Shown in pieces: positions 62,470-64,000 of a stretch of 64,000 bases of DNA. Position 1 is the first letter of the stretch, and each line of letters starts with the position of its first letter. The notes beneath the pieces were generated by a model, which worked only from the letters and a program-made list of their open reading frames with translations, was not told the DNA's origin and did no database searches. The position numbers and the translations under genes are program-made. Source of the stretch: Mobula hypostoma (Eukaryota); NCBI RefSeq assembly GCF_963921235.1, contig NC_086097.1, positions 179,864,001 to 179,928,000 on the forward strand, given 5' to 3'.

Positions 62470-63500
62470 ATGGTGTATCCCTTCTTTCACCATTGATGCT
62501 GCCCTCACCCGCATCTCCTCCATTTCCCGGACATCTGCACTCACCCTATCTTCCCACTGGTTAGAGTTCCTCCGGTCCTTACCTACCACCGCATGAGCCT
62601 CCGCATCCAACATGTCATTCTCCACAATGTTTGCCATCTCCAAAGGGATACCACCACCAAACAGATGTTTACTTCCCCTCCCCCCAACTCTCTGCTTTCT
62701 GAAGGGACTTCTCCCTCTGTGATTCCCTTGCCCACCCCGACTAATCTCTCTCCCAGCACTTATCCCTGCAAACGCCCCAAGTGCTACACCTGCCCACTCA
62801 CCTCCACTCAGTGCCCGAGGCAGCCCTTCCAGATGAGGCAATACTTCACCTGTGAGTCTGCTGAGGTCGTCTATTGTGCATGGTGTTCCTGATCCAACCT
62901 ACTCTACACTGGCGCGACCCATTGTATACTGGGGGGGGGGGTGCTTCGTCAAATAACTCTGCTCCATCCACCTAAAGCGGAACTTCCCAGTGACCCATCA
63001 TTTTAATTCCCACTCCCATTCCATCATGTCGGTCCATGGCCTCCTCTTATGCCATGATGAGGCCACCCTCAGGGTGGAGGAGCAACACCTTATATTCCGT
63101 TTGGGTAGTCTTCAGTCTGATGGCACGAATATCAATTTCTCTTACCAATTAAAAAAAATTCCATCCTCCTTCCCTCTTTTTTCTATTCCCCCTTCTGGCC
63201 TTTCACCTTTTCTCCTGCCTATTACCTCCCCTGGGCCTTTCCACCTCCCCTTTCTCCTATAGTCCACTCTCCTCTCCTATCAGATTCCTTCATCTCCAGC
63301 CCTTTACCTTTCCCACCTACCCAGCAACACCCATCACCTTCCAGCTCGCCTCCTTCCCCTTCCCCCACCTTTTCATTCTGGTACCTTCCTGTTTCCTTTC
63401 CAGTCCTAATGAAGGGTCTCAGCCCAAAACACCAACTATTTATTCATTTCTATAGATGCTGTCTGATCTGCTGAGATCCTCCAGTATTTTGTGTGTGTTG
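62470..63500 (+). mobile_element. Degenerate Penelope-like element 3' part (GIY-YIG and terminal repeat)
   Basis: CKRPKCYTCP, FTCESAEVVYC..C, EEQHLIFRLGSLQSDG.N; pyrimidine tract, then a decayed hammerhead at about 63401-63437. Confidence 0.75.
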
Positions 63501-64000
63501 GCAAACTGCTTAGCTGCAAAATGTAATTTAATCTTCTTCATGTAATGAATGATGTCATTTAACCCCACACTGTGAATATTATTTTACTTCATGGAAAATT
63601 AAACTACTACTCCTATGGATAAGCAAGGCAAGGAGGAACAACACATGAGTCCACAGACTCACATGTCTTCACAAGTCCAAAGGTGTTAACAGGAATTAAT
63701 AAATAGAAATGCCTTGCTCAGTTAACTCTTTCCCTGCCACAGTCTGTTGTGAGATTATATCTAGTAGCACTAAGACGCACTGAACTCTTGCAGGTAAGAT
63801 AGGAGTAACACAAAGTACTGCAGATCAACCCAGAGAAGTGTGATGTGACACACACGGGTGGAGTTCATCCATAGATCCACAAAAGTTGATAGTGTGGTTA
63901 AGGAGATGTAGGGTGTGTTGGCCTTCATTGTCAGGGGATTGAGTTCAAGAGCCGTGAGATAATGTTGCAGCTCTATAAAACTCTGGTTAGACCACACTTG

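Noticed and set aside
63657..63818. Donor-like sites (gtgagt, gtgcgt) on the minus strand near the window end
   Set aside because: No phase-compatible exon with laminin similarity could be built, and the adjacent sequence is CR1-derived.
1..64000. The many 60-160 aa ORFs in the six-frame track as independent genes
   Set aside because: They map to LINE, SINE or Penelope fragments, their antisense frames, microsatellites, or alternative frames of laminin exons.

Overview
Eukaryotic, repeat-rich vertebrate DNA, most likely from a cartilaginous fish (HE1-like SINEs, abundant CR1, Rex-Babar and Penelope repeats). The window lies inside one large minus-strand gene, a long-form laminin alpha chain best matching LAMA3 (alpha3B). 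I reconstructed 16 GT-AG coding exons between 58956 and 230. They splice in frame into about 595-597 aa covering the LE (laminin EGF-like) array and the following globular short-arm region. The main finding is a pair of tandem homologous exons (9689-9827 and 9354-9486) that must be mutually exclusive: one looks like the LAMA5 version of this exon and the other like the LAMA3 version, and QKI/ESRP/RBFOX-type motifs flank them. The gene also keeps three LE exons that I recall from LAMA5 but not from human LAMA3. The introns hold nested transposons (Tc1, CR1, Rex-Babar, a Sushi-like Gypsy remnant, a solo LTR, L1, Penelope). They also hold many short Penelope-derived repeats carrying minimal type I hammerhead ribozyme motifs, several flanked by 12-15 bp target-site duplications (TSDs). 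Comparisons to human proteins are from memory and need alignment. Repeat boundaries are approximate.
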